A stretch of 64,000 nt of DNA, taken from Octopus sinensis. Its lineage: Eukaryota. Of this stretch, positions 1-13,759 are shown piece after piece. The notes under the pieces are model-generated. The model was given only the letters and a program-made list of their open reading frames with translations. It did no database searches and had not been told where the DNA came from. How positions within the stretch are numbered: the first letter of the stretch is position 1; every line of letters begins with the position of its first letter. Location: contig NC_043000.1 in assembly GCF_006345805.1 (NCBI RefSeq), positions 45,818,001-45,882,000 of the forward strand. The letters are read 5' to 3'. A program made the position numbers and the translations under genes.

Positions 1-410
1 CTTGAACTAGAAGCTTTTATTATGTAGCCAGAACACCTAAATTTTGGATATCATACCATATGAAGGAGATAATTAAATAAATGACAAACACATTACAATT
101 ATTGAGTTAGTGTTAACATTTAATGCAAGAGACCTTAAAAAGATAAATATAAATAATTATAGCGAGGAAAATAATATGAGCCATTTACCTTTAATATGTA
201 TTGTAAGCTGATCGGTGTTGCTGGAGAGTTCGAAGTTTCCTGCACTTAGCAAAAAAAAAAAAAAATTATCAATCATTGACTATTCTTGTTCCTCAATTCA
301 TAATTATTTTTAGTTAGCTTTTTATTGCTCTCTGCATTAACACTAACTTAACATATATAATACTCATTGGTAACAATTTTATCAAAACGTAACAATTATA
401 TAAAAAAAAT

Positions 411-600
411 GGTGGTGAGCTGGCAGAATCGTTGGCATGCCAGGCGAAATGGTTAGCGGTATTTTGTCTGCCCTTACGTTCTGAGTTCAAATTCTGCTGA
501 GGTCGACTTTGTCTTTCATCCTTTTGGGGTCGATAAATTAAGTACCAGTTATACACTGGGGTTGATATAATCGACTTAATCTGTTTGTCTGTCCTTGTTA
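411..600 (+). mobile_element. tRNA-derived SINE, family A (3'-truncated copy)
   Basis: Head GGTGAGCTGGCAGAATCGTT with B-box-like GAGTTCAAATTC, then GAGGTCGACTTTGTCTTTCATCC...TAAGTACCAGTT; aligns with copies at 1591, 59081 and 63800. Confidence 0.8.
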
Positions 601-1590
601 AACTTTTTAAATTCACACCATATGTCATATATTTTATTAATAGCTTATTTCATAGATGAATAATAGAAACAACATTTCATAATTAGCTTAATCTCCTGTG
701 AATGCAGTAGTGGATTATTCATATGTTAAGGAAGCTGAGTTTTTTATTTTATCTTAAAAACTCTGTACCAAATCCCTACTTAGAATTTGGAACTGGGAAT
801 CAATATTTCCAATTAGAAAATTTTGATGAATATGCAAAACACCCCATATTGACTGATGATGTCATAAACAAGGTGACCACTAATTTTCTTTGAATAGACA
901 TGAAGATGATGAATTTTCCTTGATTGATGTCAGCAAAAATTGATTGTTTGCATTACTCAAATGTACTTGATGACATTAGGTAATTAACCAATCAAGGTCG
1001 TTGATGAAAATCATTAAACCCTAATATAAGATTTTTCAAGAAGTCAGGGAAGAGAGCAGACAAGAGAAAAGAAACAAATGCAGTTAAGTGTTATGTCAGT
1101 CACTATTGGCTGCCAGCTGTTTGATTTGGCTGAATTGTCAAATATTCAGAGCTACAACATGAATGAACTGAGCTATTACTAAATAAAAAAAAATTACACT
1201 ATGGTAGATGGCAACTGCATTCCACTCTCTTTCTTTCTCTCTTTCCCTCTCATGTATAACTATAGAACTAGTCCATTGCTTCATCACTGTATGAAAAGGA
1301 CTTCACTTTGCTTTAGCTGTAGTACCCTATGGTGCCATTGTGGTCAATTCAATATCTAGGCACTTGGCATAGGATGCACTGAAACCTTGCTCCTGTCATT
1401 CATTTAATCATTAAAATTTTCTTTTCTGATAATGAAATAAATACATGCAATTTCATCATGTGCTTTATTTACCAAAGATAATTAACATAACTAACAAATG
1501 AGATGTGTTTATTCTGTAAAAATATATTGAATTACTTACATTCTAATCAATAATACAAATAGATACTTTCATAACCAGATACTTTCATAA

Positions 1591-1819
1591 GGATGGTGAG
1601 CTGGCAGAAACGTTAGCACACCGGATGAAATGCTGAGCGGAATTTCGTGTCGTTACGTTCTGAGTTCAAATTCCGCCAAGGTCGACTTTGCCTTTCATCC
1701 TTTCAGGGTCGATTAAATAAGTACCAGTTACGCACTGGGGTCGATATAATCGACTTAATCCGTTTGTCTGTCCTTGTTTGTCCTCTCCGTGTTTAGCCCC
1801 TTGTGGGTAGTAAAGAAAT
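1591..1819 (+). mobile_element. tRNA-derived SINE, family A, full-length with 14-bp target-site duplication
   Basis: A/B-box-like head; flanked by AGATACTTTCATAA at 1577-1590 and 1820-1833. Confidence 0.88.
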
Positions 1820-4163
1820 AGATACTTTCATAACCAGACATGTAGACACTAGACCTTCAAAGTTTCATGCACCTGTAACATTCCTCAAGGGGAATACACC
1901 CATGCTAAAAATGGTATTTTTCTTTTATTGAATAACTGAAACATTGTCAATATAGAAGCTAATTCAGGTATACCACATGTTAAGAAAACGTTTCACTTTT
2001 GAAGATCATGTCACAAAATAGAATTTCACAATACAAAAATATTTCCCCATTCTCTTTCCTGTTATATGGAAGTCGATAGGAAAGTACAATTTGCATTATG
2101 GAATCCCATGTTACAGAAATATTTATAGAATACAATGCTTCCAGAACGTAGAGAATGCCTGTATATGCATTTAATCAAAGCTGCAATGCACAATAAAACT
2201 CATGTAGCAAAATATGTCCTGATAGAATCTTCCATAATGCTCTCTCTTTTATCTCTTCTTTCTCCCTCTTCCCCCCCCTCTCTCTCTCTCTCTCAGCTAA
2301 TTTTATGATTGTTGGTAGAGATAATGGTTAACTCTGTTGTTAGCTCCTGACTTCTTCAGCATTGTGTCAGCTTACAATGTTAAGTTCAAATCTACACTAG
2401 AAGCAAAACAAGTAACAGTTTAGAATTTCCATATAGGAAAAGAGACATTTCCTTAACTTAAATAGCAGCATAAAACTTCAGTTTATCTAGTTTACAGGAT
2501 TAAGTACATGCTCAATTACAAATGCTACCTATGATAAAGCGACTTACTATCCATGGAAAGATTCAAGAATATACAATTATATGCAGCCATAGAAATATGA
2601 TTAAGAAGCTTGTATTGCAACCATATGTTTCCAGGTTCAGATACTGAATGAGAGAATGTGAAGGAGTAGAAATTTGTAAAGAAAATCTATGCAGAAGCCT
2701 TTGGATGTATATATATATATATGTAGGTGTATATGGCTATGATTGTATACCCCCTTATAAAATGGCATCAATTAGCTTCTTCTCTTTATATCAAATGGTA
2801 ACTTTGTGAAGTGATAAATGGAAATCAATTAACTATTAGACTGAAATGTGCAGTGGTCGAAGCAAGTATATGTATATTATATACTATGACCAATGCAAAG
2901 GGATATGTATTATTTTCGAAGCAGAAGGGAAATATTCCTTATTAGTAAATTTTGATTGAGATTTGAATATTTTCTTAATAAACAACTAACATTGGCTACA
3001 CTCTGCTAATTTTCAAAACAAATAAATGTCATTTTTGTTTTATTTTATTTTAATTTTGTCTCCATGAAAATGTTGTCAGGACCATATTTATCAAAGTCCA
3101 AGATATCAGACTATCACTTTTTGTCATAAGATTGATATCTGGCATAGTGAATTTACTCTGTTGCCAAGCTTTGCTGCTCATCCTGGTATTGGGTGCTTTT
3201 AGCAGAACTCCCTTTATTGTAAGCATTTGTGGCAATTATTTAGTGTGGAAATAATCATGAGTTTATGTTCTCTTCTTCCTTCTTTTTTCTTTTGGTTTTT
3301 GAGATTCTGTGAAATGACTCTAGACATCTGCTTAGTCTTCAAAGATATTACGGAAAAATAAAAAAAACCTGAAAAGCATTCTATCACCAGTAGTCATCTA
3401 TTTGCATTTGAGCCTGAGTAAATTATAATTCTAGATATACACAAAGTTAAAGTAGTTAAGGCTGGAACACATTCCGTTTTAAATCTACTTGACCAGAGAT
3501 GACCTCGGGTTAAACAACAGCAATTAGTTGCATTAAAATTCAACAAGTGTTACATATAGGAATTGATGAACCTTACTCGACACACCACCATAACTCACAT
3601 TTTACTCTTCATTAAATTCTCTTGCTAAGACAGACTGTCAATAATCACCTTAAATTCTAGGGATTATATTTGGTTACACTAAATTGATTCTATAGAATTT
3701 AGGCTATGTTATCTATAAGAATTCACAATCCAAGTAAAGGTGTCTTTGTTGATATGATTATCTTAAATCACTGGGATTTATGCCAAGTTCATATGGTTTT
3801 AGCCTTTTGATCCAGTTTAAGTCATTTGGAACACATAACAGATTGGCCACTTAACAAAACATTTCATCCATATTTATGCACTTGCATTGTACCATAACAC
3901 AACTCTGTACTATATTAATTCATTTATATAGTTCTATGTCATGAATAAAACTTACTAAATTCATTGACGTAATTTTTAACATATTGCATTGACACTAACT
4001 TGAGAAACTTGACATCAGCATCAATGCCTCGGTAATTAAAAATATAATGTCAACAATCGCTAATTACACAATAAAATTAATTAGAAGTTATTTGAATGTT
4101 TTCTCTTCCAGGAAATAATGGAATACAACATTTTAAAATTTTAACTTCAGTATATTTATATAC

Positions 4164-4468
4164 GGAGGCGCAATGGCCTAGTGGTTAGGGCAGCAGACTC
4201 ATGGTCAGAGGATTGCGGTTTTGATTCCCAGACTGGGCATTGTGTGCATTTATAGAGAAAAAACACCTAAAAGCTCCACGAGGCTCCGGCTGGGGGTGAT
4301 GGCCACCTCTGTTGTACTCTTTCACCACAACTTTCTCCCACTCTCTCTTCCTGTTTCTTGAGTAACGCTGCGATGGACTGGCGTCTCATCCAGCTGGGGG
4401 AACACATACGCCACAGAAACCGGGAAACCGGGCCCATGAGCCTTGCTAGGCTTGGAAAGGGCGGAAAA
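4164..4468 (+). mobile_element. tRNA-derived SINE, family B
   Basis: GGAGGCGCAATGGCCTAGTGGTTAGGGCAG (A box) and TTGATTCCC (B-box-like); 5' half matches the copy at 52583. Confidence 0.8.
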
Positions 4469-4534
4469 AAATATCTATATACATCATACTTTCTTGTGTA
4501 AATATGAATGTATGTTCACCTGCATGTAACACAT

Positions 4535-5040
4535 GAACAAAAAGCAGCAGCACTGAGGCCACCATTTTGAAACATCATCTGAGATGGGTGGGCCACGTAG
4601 CAAGAATGAAAGAGATCAAGCTGTGTCATCAAATTTTATATGTCGAACTTTCCACTGGAAGGAGATTCCACAGCTGTCTCCTCCATTGATACAAAGACCA
4701 GCTGAAGCAAAATCTAAAACTTACTTGAATCGATCCCAAAGCCTGGGACGTTGAAGATCAGAACAGACCCAGCTGGTACCACCATGCCATCTTCACTGTG
4801 ACAGATCATTTTGAAGCTGAATAACAGAGAAAAGAAAAGAGAAATGACAAGAAAGAAAATGGAGGCTGCAACAACGAAAGCCTCTATCACCATGGATCGC
4901 TTGTGAATTTTGCGATGGATGCTTCCATTCAAGAATTGGCAAATTTAGTCATTAGAGGCATAAACATAGACAGAGGAGAAGAAGCAGTCAAGAAGAAGCT
5001 AAATAAATTATTGGGCACTTGATAAAATGCTGACGTCGAT
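4535..5040 (+). mobile_element. RTE-clade LINE 3' fragment, degenerate
   Basis: Translates to TILKHHLRWVGHVARMKEIKLCHQILYVELSTGRR...YKDQLKQNLK and a terminal C2H2-like CEFCDGCFHSRIGKFSH; contains stops and frameshifts. Confidence 0.8.
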
Positions 5041-5054
5041 ATATATCTCACGTA

Positions 5055-5149
5055 AGAATATTATCGACACTAACTTGGAACTTTTGGCCAGTTAAGCCAT
5101 CTTCAGCTAAACTAGTCGAAACTTCAAAGTTACTGTCAATAACATTCTT
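5055..5149. repeat. Imperfect ~44-bp inverted repeat carrying a degenerate hammerhead-like core (Penelope-type end)
   Basis: Arms AAGAATATTATCGACACTAACTTGGAACTTTTGGCCAGTTAAGC and GCTAAACTAGTCGAAACTTCAAAGTTACTGTCAATAACATTCTT; minus strand reads CTGAAGA-TGGC..GCC, the other arm supplies CGAAA; followed by (TA)n. Confidence 0.55.
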
Positions 5150-5152
5150 GTT

Positions 5153-5156
<4 letters not shown>

Positions 5157-5230
<74 letters not shown>

Positions 5231-5360
5231 CATAAATATATATATACATATATACACTCATATATATAATATTCACCTGCATGAAACTCATGAGTATATA
5301 GGCATATGCGTGTGTGTGTACACATATGCACACATGCACACACACATACACACACATGAA
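5157..5360. repeat. (TA)n and (CA)n microsatellite cluster
   Basis: About 70 bp of pure TA followed by mixed TA/CA/TG runs; explains the YI/HT-rich ORFs. Confidence 0.95.
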
Positions 5361-8300
5361 ATTAATAATGTAATATACCAAAGAACAAAACAATTAAGTA
5401 AATATCTGAACATTTTGCTTACTTTGTCGAACTTACAATCAGCTGCAAATAATTGATGGTCTATAAAATAAAAATATGTATACAAACTCAACAATGAAAT
5501 ATTTTGCTGCTGGTGCATAAAACCTAGTGAAACAAACTCCAGATGGATTTCAAATTTTAAATGCCTAGATTACAAGCAGATGACTCATTATCAAGAGGAT
5601 CGTTTTTACCTTCTAAATATTAGACTAAATATTTTAAATAAAACTTCTGAATCAGCATGTTGAAAATGAATTCATGTGTTTATATTTATGTATCTTTTAA
5701 TGTGATATGTAGTTAATTTCTATTTGCCTATATAATGTAATTAGATTGTATTTGTATACATAGGCATGTGATCAGAATTTATTTGTGAAACCTTATCTAT
5801 ATCTAAAAATCTAAACAGTATTTTATTTTCTGCTGACTGAACCTTTCTTGGATATTGTAGTTTTAACTTCAAATTTTTTTCTTAAACAAGTCAATAAATA
5901 AATAGTCATATTGATTTTACATCTCATATATATCTTTCAATTCCAATGCCATTATAAGGTTGAATAACATTGGAAATTTATTTAAAATCACATTCCAGAA
6001 TCATCAGTTTTAGTGAATAAATTCTATTAAATATAAATAAAAGGAACAAGATATATATAAAAAAAAAATTGATTACTAAAATATATCACTTAGAAAATAT
6101 ATTGATATTAGAAAATTATGACATAGTTGACAATTGTAAATTTTATTAATTCAACTTCTGTTGAGAATTTCCAACAAAAGATATTTAATAAAATTGATAT
6201 TAAAAGTAAGCGAAGGGATATGATAAAGTGAATATTTACTCTTAAACTGAAAGGAAATGTCAAATACTTTGTCTTGATATATATATGGTGTCAACTGAGA
6301 TCAACTATGTAATATAAGATTCTAAAATGTTTATGGTGAGTTAAAAGAAGGCCTACTTGAAATGTAGCTGTCAATCAAAATATTTATCTATTATATATCA
6401 GGTGATATCTAGAAGCTCATATCATCTCCTCCATATAACATTTTCTCTTAACTCAAGAATACAATATAAAATCAGTAATCTCCAGCATTCTATGTCAGCA
6501 CTAAATAGAAAAGATTCCTTCAGTCATTTGACAACTTTATTTTTGACACACCCTACAACTCCTCCTCAAAGTTTATGACCCTGCATTACTAACATGTATA
6601 CTTAACTGAGACATTTGAACACTTGTGCAATTAATTATCAAGTCAATTTTTCTGAAGCTAAACAAGTAAATACATTACTGCATCATAAGGTTCACCTAGC
6701 ATTCTAGATGATTGCCAACCAAAGAGAAGGACTCATCACCAGCCCATAGGGCATTACTATACTCACCCACTGTCAACTTGTTTCAACGGTTTTCACTGGA
6801 TATTGAAAATTCTGGCCAAGTCCATAGCAGGTACCTATAGCAAGAGCCACCTGATTCATGTCAGGTAATGTCACCTTATCTTGGACTATTAGTTGAGACC
6901 ACTGCTTATTACCAGATATCCTGGTATAAATGTTTCTATGAGGTTTATACATTAAAGTAGCTATTTTCTGAGAGGTACAAAAAGAATGAGGCTTTCATTA
7001 TTGAACAATGTAAAAAATAAAATTCAAATCTTATGAATACACAAAAATATTTATAAAGAAATTAACCCATTTGTTTTTGTAATAAGGGTGGAGCAATAGG
7101 TTGTTCAGTTTGACATATAAAGGCAAAGACATATACACTTGAGAGCTGTTTAGTAAATTGCAGAGAAATTTTAGGATATGAAAATTTTTGTAAAGATTTC
7201 AAAAAAATATTAAGTCACCAACAAAATCTCTTGTCAGCATACTGCACTATATGATGCCATCCCAAAAAATTAAACTAATCTATTTAGATAAATTTCTACC
7301 GGAATATTGTTAAATAATAATGTTTGCTACTATCATAATTTTATGGAAGAAAAATATGATTGTAGATTCAAATATTTTTAAGTACAATTAAATATCCTCC
7401 ATCAATCACATTATGCTTGCCATAAATTTTAACATTGTCCTTTGAAGCATTTATAAAGAGATGGGAAAAATCATTAATTTTATTAATGCCTTCTTTGTAT
7501 CACTAACTACAAATGCTAAATGCAAATACTATACATGCTTTGATGTTCCAAAACTTTTTAGTAGTAAACTAATCAGTTGTTAATTAAGATGCTTCTCAAT
7601 CCTTAGAGAACAACTGAGACAATCAATTTTGTTTTAGAAAGGTGAAAAGACTAATTTCTTTAAAAAATGATTTTATTCTGTGTCTATTATAATTCTAACG
7701 TTTTGGGGCTTCTTTTATTCTGAGAATGTTAAAATACAACAGCCTTATTGTTTTTTGTATTTTTTGTATCTCATAAATATATTTCACCTTAGTATATTTC
7801 ACAAGCTGTTGTGTCATTATTATGGCTATATAATACTTGAAAGATATTTGACAAAATAAAATTTGTGTGATAATTTATATTCCTGAAGGGTAGAGGATTA
7901 AATTCAATGTAACATAGCTATCTTGCAATAATAGAATTAGTGGTAATTACAGTAACTAGTTAGTGATTACAGTACCCACTTTTAATGGTCTGGAAAACAA
8001 GTTATAAACTATGAATGCACTCAATTAGTTCTGAATTTTTAGTAATTAGTAAAGAAATTCAAATTAAATTAGAAAACTGAATGTCTATATTGTCTAAATT
8101 AACTAAACATATATATAGCAGTATGCATTTTAAAATTCTTTTTAGTAGCATATAAAACTTTTAAAAATAAGAGAGGAAGAATTTTCTATAATTTAATAAA
8201 TATTACTGGTAGTAACGTCTAACATTTTAAGAATATCCATAAAAATATTGAAGGAATGCAATTTCAGTGTTTTGTTTTGAAGGTTTTATGAAAGAAAGTG

Positions 8301-9249
8301 TAGCCATTTCCCAATTTCTAATGCAATAATTCATGCACCAATGCATTTAGCAGGAATTAGAATAGGAAAATTACTGAAATAATGAAATTGCACACATTAA
8401 AAATAAAAGCAATTTCCTTTTTCTATAAGAAGCTATCTGAGATTTACAAAAGAATTAAGCATACAAAATGAATGGCTACTGCCAAAGGGAAAGTGAGATT
8501 GTGTTTGGAAATAACCATATATGATATCGAGTCATTGGTCTGATTTATACACAAATCAAGGTATTAATGGATGGATCTTTGAGAATTGAAGAAAAAGTCA
8601 TGTATAAAATAATTCGAGGATAAGCCTTTGGAAAAATACTTTGCTCTTTATTATTTTAGTTTGAATTTGTGGAGATAGTTTGGTACATTTTTTTATTAAA
8701 AATACCTAAGGAGAAAAGTTTTAGAATATCATTAAATTGTCCAAGAACAGACTGTCAAAATTAAGAAAGTGCCTTAAAATATGCAAAGGGTTAGAAAATT
8801 TGTATTTTATAACAATTCTCAAGTGAAGATAATAATTTCTCAATGCATGTCACCAGACTGGTTGTAGAGGGACAGCTACACATTTAATTGCAATTTGTTT
8901 GTTTTTTTTCATTTATTTCGATATTGAAAACCCCAAATTTTTTCATTAAATAAAAATTGATTTCTATAGGAAAACCAATTTTGCTTTCACTTTTTTTTTT
9001 TTTTGCATTCCTTAACAATCTGAATTAATGCTGACAAATTACATAAAGAAAAACACATGTGGGAGCTTTATTTCAAAACATTACTTCCTACTTAAGGTAC
9101 ATGATTGGCAGAATTGTTAGAGTGTGAGTGTAAAACAAAATCCTAACTCTCGTGCTATTTGTTCTAGTTTTGTGTTTTGAATTCCAATTCTACAGAGGCC
9201 AATTCTGCCTCTCATACTTCTGGGAACAATAAAATATAGTACACGTCTG

Positions 9250-9361
9250 CTCTCTCTCTCTCTCTCTTCCTCCCACTCTCTCTCACTCTCTCATTCTCTC
9301 TCCCTCTTTCCCTCTCTCTCTCACTCTCTCACTCTCTCTCACTTTCTCTCTCCCTCTCTCT

Positions 9362-9396
<35 letters not shown>

Positions 9397-9402
9397 ACTC
9401 TC
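9250..9402. repeat. (CT)n-rich microsatellite
   Basis: Direct inspection. Confidence 0.9.
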
Positions 9403-9866
9403 TTATACACATACTATGGTTTTGCTATGCTGCAGGATGAGAATATTGTAGGCAACTAATCATAGGATTTCTTCCTTCCATGACAATCACTTCCACTTCA
9501 CTACAGAAGATGAATGTGGTTGCTGCAGTCCTGATAGAGTAATGTATATGGAAATTATGACATCTTATAAAAGCAAAACCTGGTGGAATATACACATCAG
9601 ATCATCATTGCTATATCATTTGTTTGTATCACAATTGCTGTTGATTACAGGTTTCCAATGTGTCAGCCATTTCCATACTTAACTGATTTGTTACCAATAA
9701 AAGTGATGTGAACTACAACTGCATGTATTTATTGGTAAAAGTTCCTCACAAACTAGGAGAATATTAGTCTCAATACATGATTTCACATATAAGTAATTGC
9801 TGATCAATTCAGTAAAGAAATATGTACACAGGCCCTTCCAGATCCCCACACATGTGTGTGTGTGTG

Positions 9867-9907
<41 letters not shown>

Positions 9908-10039
9908 GAAATATAAAAATATACAAGCTGCAAAGATACTGAAGATTCAGTATACACAACGTGGCAAAATTACAAGTTGAAAATATGTGGAAAAAAAAAG
10001 TGGAAGAGAAATGCCTTCGTTTCATATACTTTAATATCT

Positions 10040-11562
10040 TTTTTTAAATATACAGACTCAAAACAGTATCTCCTTTTCAGTTCATGCCATCCTAACCACA
10101 CCAAAATATATATCCCATTCAGTCTAGTAAAAAGGATCTGTACAATTGTATCTGACATAACCACTCAGGAAACTCGCCTACAAGAACTCAAAATAACGCT
10201 CATTGGACGTCAGTACCCATCTACACTTATAGAACATGGAATTAAACACGCCAAGAAATTGGACACAAACACATTAAGGACAACAAAGCAAAACACCACA
10301 CCTCACTTTAAATCACTCCCATACATATCAACCCCAAAAACAATGAAGCATACAACACAATTACACAAAATCTCCCTCTGCTCACTCAAGACCCGAAAAT
10401 GAACAGCATCCTAAATACACACAAACTACTAAAATGCAAAAGACAAGACAAATCACTCAAGAAACTCCTAACAAATGCAAAACTATACTCAATACATACG
10501 ATACCAACAGTTAAAAAATGCAGACAACCTAATTGTGGTACACGCCCATACCTAACTGAAGGCTTAGAATTCACATTTCAGCAAAGACAAAAATTCTCAA
10601 TTAAGACTAACTTCACATGCACTTCCCAGAACCTTATCTATGTCCTAACCTGCTCAGCTTGTGGGCACAATTACGAGGGGCGTTCAATAAGTAATGCCCC
10701 TGACCCACTGCCCATAGCAGTAGAGCAACAAAACTTGGCACAATTATTAGTCTTTTTCAACGTAGGCAGACACCTTTTGCATATGCAAATGGTCATTGAT
10801 GATAGTTTCCACAGACCAAGTACTAATCTTGACCTCATGAGCTATTTGGCGAATAGTTATGCGTCGATCTTCCAAAATGGCAACCTCAACTTGATGGAAA
10901 GATGCCTCATCAATGGCAGAAGGGAGGCGACCAGATCTGGGAGCTGTTTTCACAGAGTTCCGACCATGTTTGAATTCACGATGCTAGCGTTTTACAATGT
11001 CATATGATGGGGCGGCATCATCACCATAAGTTACTTTCATTTCATCAAAAGTCTCCCGTGGTGTGCGTCCTTTCAAATACAAAAACTGGATCACTGCTCG
11101 ACACTCAACAGGCACCATTTAACACTTGACTCTGTTCAAACACCTGTAAATCAGAAACCACAATTAGTTCAGAGCTGTAATTTTTCACTTCATTTATAGA
11201 GATATGGATAGTTGCACATGCAAATTTTCAGCTTGATCAAACGACTGCAAGTGGGTCAGGGGCATTACTTATTGAACGTCCCTCGTATGTGCGCCAAACG
11301 AGACTTAATTTGAGACGCAGAGTCATGCTGCATAAAGAACAGATTCATTTCCCTCAATACAAGCAGATATCGCTGAGATTTCCCTCAATACAAGCAGATA
11401 ACACTGAGCGGACATATCGACAGATGTGCAAGTAATAAAATGCCGAATTTTCATATCTTCCCATTATACCTATGCAAAGACTTAATCTCAGTATAAGAAC
11501 GCCTAAACAAGGAAAACCTGTTCATACAAAAGTACACACCACACCTCAATATACAAATTTGA
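10040..11562 (+). mobile_element. Penelope-like retroelement 3' part (RT C-terminus, linker, GIY-YIG endonuclease), interrupted by a mariner derivative
   Basis: KYTDSKQYLLFSSCHPNHTKIYIPFSLVKRICTIVS; linker KKCRQPNCGT; NFTCTSQNLIYVLTCSACGHNY|VRQT...RRRVMLH...ENLFIQKYTPHLN once 10674-11285 is removed; frameshifts and a 31-bp tandem duplication near 11348-11409. Confidence 0.88.
10674..11285 (-). mobile_element. Internally deleted mariner (612 bp) retaining the N-terminal HTH DNA-binding region
   Basis: TA TSDs at 10672-73 and 11286-87; ~36-bp TIRs CGAGGGGCGTTCAATAAGTAATGCCCCTGACCCACT; frame 11118-10747 reads MVPVECRAVIQFLYLKG...RSGR...EDRRITIRQIA...LHMQKVSA|YVEKD with one TAG. Confidence 0.92.
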
Positions 11563-13759
11563 CCATTTTAAAAATTATACTGAGGAGCTATAGACTTTCT
11601 GCAATTTTGCGTAGGCCTCTGAATAGGTAACGCCTTGACAACTTTCTGTCATGGTCAATGCAATGATCACATGCTACACAGCTTATTTCTAAGCCCTGCT
11701 GTAAATAGCGGAAGTGAGTTAGAACTTTAAAACTTAGTGCACATACACAACAGAGTTTAAAGTCGATTTGTACCGAGCAGCTTTACCTTGCATGCTTTAG
11801 CTTCGTTACTATGGTAACAGTCCGGATACTTATTGATCAAATCTTGTATAAACATATAATAGGAAAAGAGAAACAAAGGTTTGTGGGTAGCTGACAATCT
11901 AGAGAAGGATTCGGTCAGCCCAGGAGGCTATGAAGTGGAACTGAAAATAAAGCCATGTAATTGGGTTCTGAATCACTCAACCTGTTATATGTAGTTATGT
12001 AAAAATAGATTTGGATATATGTATGCATATGTGATGCACTCCCACATCAATCTCATGAAATCCCAACTGCTGAATCAATCAGATAATGCTTATGTCTATA
12101 GCAAGACATACTGAACAGGAATATGTATGATCTAAATCATTGAACAACCCACACAGTGATTTAAATATAACAGAGCAAAATCACCATCAAATTTGTCTGT
12201 AACAAGGATTCAATTCCTGGTTGATGTCATCTCCATTTACTTACACTTTTAATGTCCTTAGCTAAGATACAAGCATCTCTCTTTTCCTTCTTTAATCCCT
12301 TGTGCTTAATCTGAAGCAATCAATATACTTGTGTATATGCATGTATGATATAACTATAAAGCCCTAGTTGAGCCAAAACTCATTTAAAACAGCTATAAAA
12401 TTAGTATGTATTATTCAAATGTTTATGTAGCATAGAGATATTGTCTGCATGTTAATGTATAGATAGTTAGCATATAGAACAATTACACAAAGGATAATTA
12501 TAAAGGGATGAAGAGGTTTAATCAATACTAGACTTTGAACATGCAGTAACAAGCTCATGCCTTTGCATTCTGAGTTGGGTGCAAAGGTGGTTGAGGGGGA
12601 CTGCTTCTTGTCTTGAAATCATAAGATATCTCTATTTAAAGCAAAGTTTTGAGACTGTTATTTTTGGCTAGTGTCTGATGTATGAATTCATATGCTGTAG
12701 TTAATCTGTAATATTGTAGATAACTGCAAATATTTGCATATATGATGAGAAATGACAACATATTCTTCTGACCCTCAGGCCTAAGAATAAGTCAGATAAC
12801 ACTACAGGTATTCATGTTTTAGATAACAAATATTCATATCGCTTTTATGTGTAACTTTCATCAATTAATATTTCTTATACATTAAGCATGCTGACTCCCC
12901 TGTCACTATTATTAATTTACATGCAGTGTATCACCTAGATATTTCACACTATTCATTCTTGTATATGAGTTCTTACACCATTCACTGTTCATTAACCTAA
13001 AATATATAACTCTCTAATGATTCAAAGCTGTTGTAGTCATTGGCTGGACTAAGCTTCATTGATAAGATCTAAGAAGACAAAAAACATATAAAGTTGTCGC
13101 CTTACTGCTAAATATCAGATTTACAACATTATAGCATTTCATTTTAATTAGAATTTTAGTACCGTCTTCTCTGCTATTTTTTCTTAAGCTGAATAAATCA
13201 TTCAGATAATGGTTACTCATATTAATAAGTTTGCAATTTTAATTAATAAATGCTTCTATTCTTATTACATGGAATATGTCAGTAACCAAAATATTAAGTT
13301 TTAGTTTCGTGTTCAAGTGTTAAACGCATACTCTCACCTGATAATTATTGTCAGGAATTCTGAAAAAGGACTACATTGGGGGAGCACTCTTCAATGAGCA
13401 CTTGAATTACCATTCTTAACATTCCAGCTTTGCCTTCTCTCACTATAATCCAAGTCCAATGCTAGTCAATAGTCAAACTTTTCAGAATCATTTACAGATG
13501 TCAGACTTTTTGTTGCAGCAATCAGGGTATCACATGCATTTGTGACAATGAAATTTTATTACTGCCATTGCTCTTTTATTAGTGAGAATTCATGGAGAGC
13601 ATCATCTAGGTCACTTACATGGTTGTGTCCAACATTGTTACTAGTGTTTTAAAGGAGGAATTTTGGTTATCTTCATTTGAAGGATGAATAAAAATTAAAA
13701 GAATATCTCGTATGAAAAACCTATCAGTTTACAAATAGAAGATTATCTTCTTAGAAATT

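Noticed and set aside
411-500. tRNA genes at SINE heads
   Set aside because: A/B boxes are present, but there is no complete cloverleaf and each runs into a shared SINE body
3050-3370. Possible minus-strand terminal exon ending ...DKYGPDNIFMETKLK*
   Set aside because: Several in-frame stops in every frame and no recognisable family
6700-6955. Possible minus-strand exon (AG...GTGAGT) or ancient LINE RT fragment
   Set aside because: The best frame has a stop before the donor; similarity to RT motifs (VMPYGLVMSP vs GVPQGSVLGP) is too weak to call without a profile search
10399-11007. 202-aa ORF as a host gene
   Set aside because: Chimera of the Penelope linker and half of the GIY-YIG reading into the antisense strand of the inserted mariner
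13338-13680. Possible minus-strand pseudo-exon
   Set aside because: Four in-frame stops and no identifiable homology
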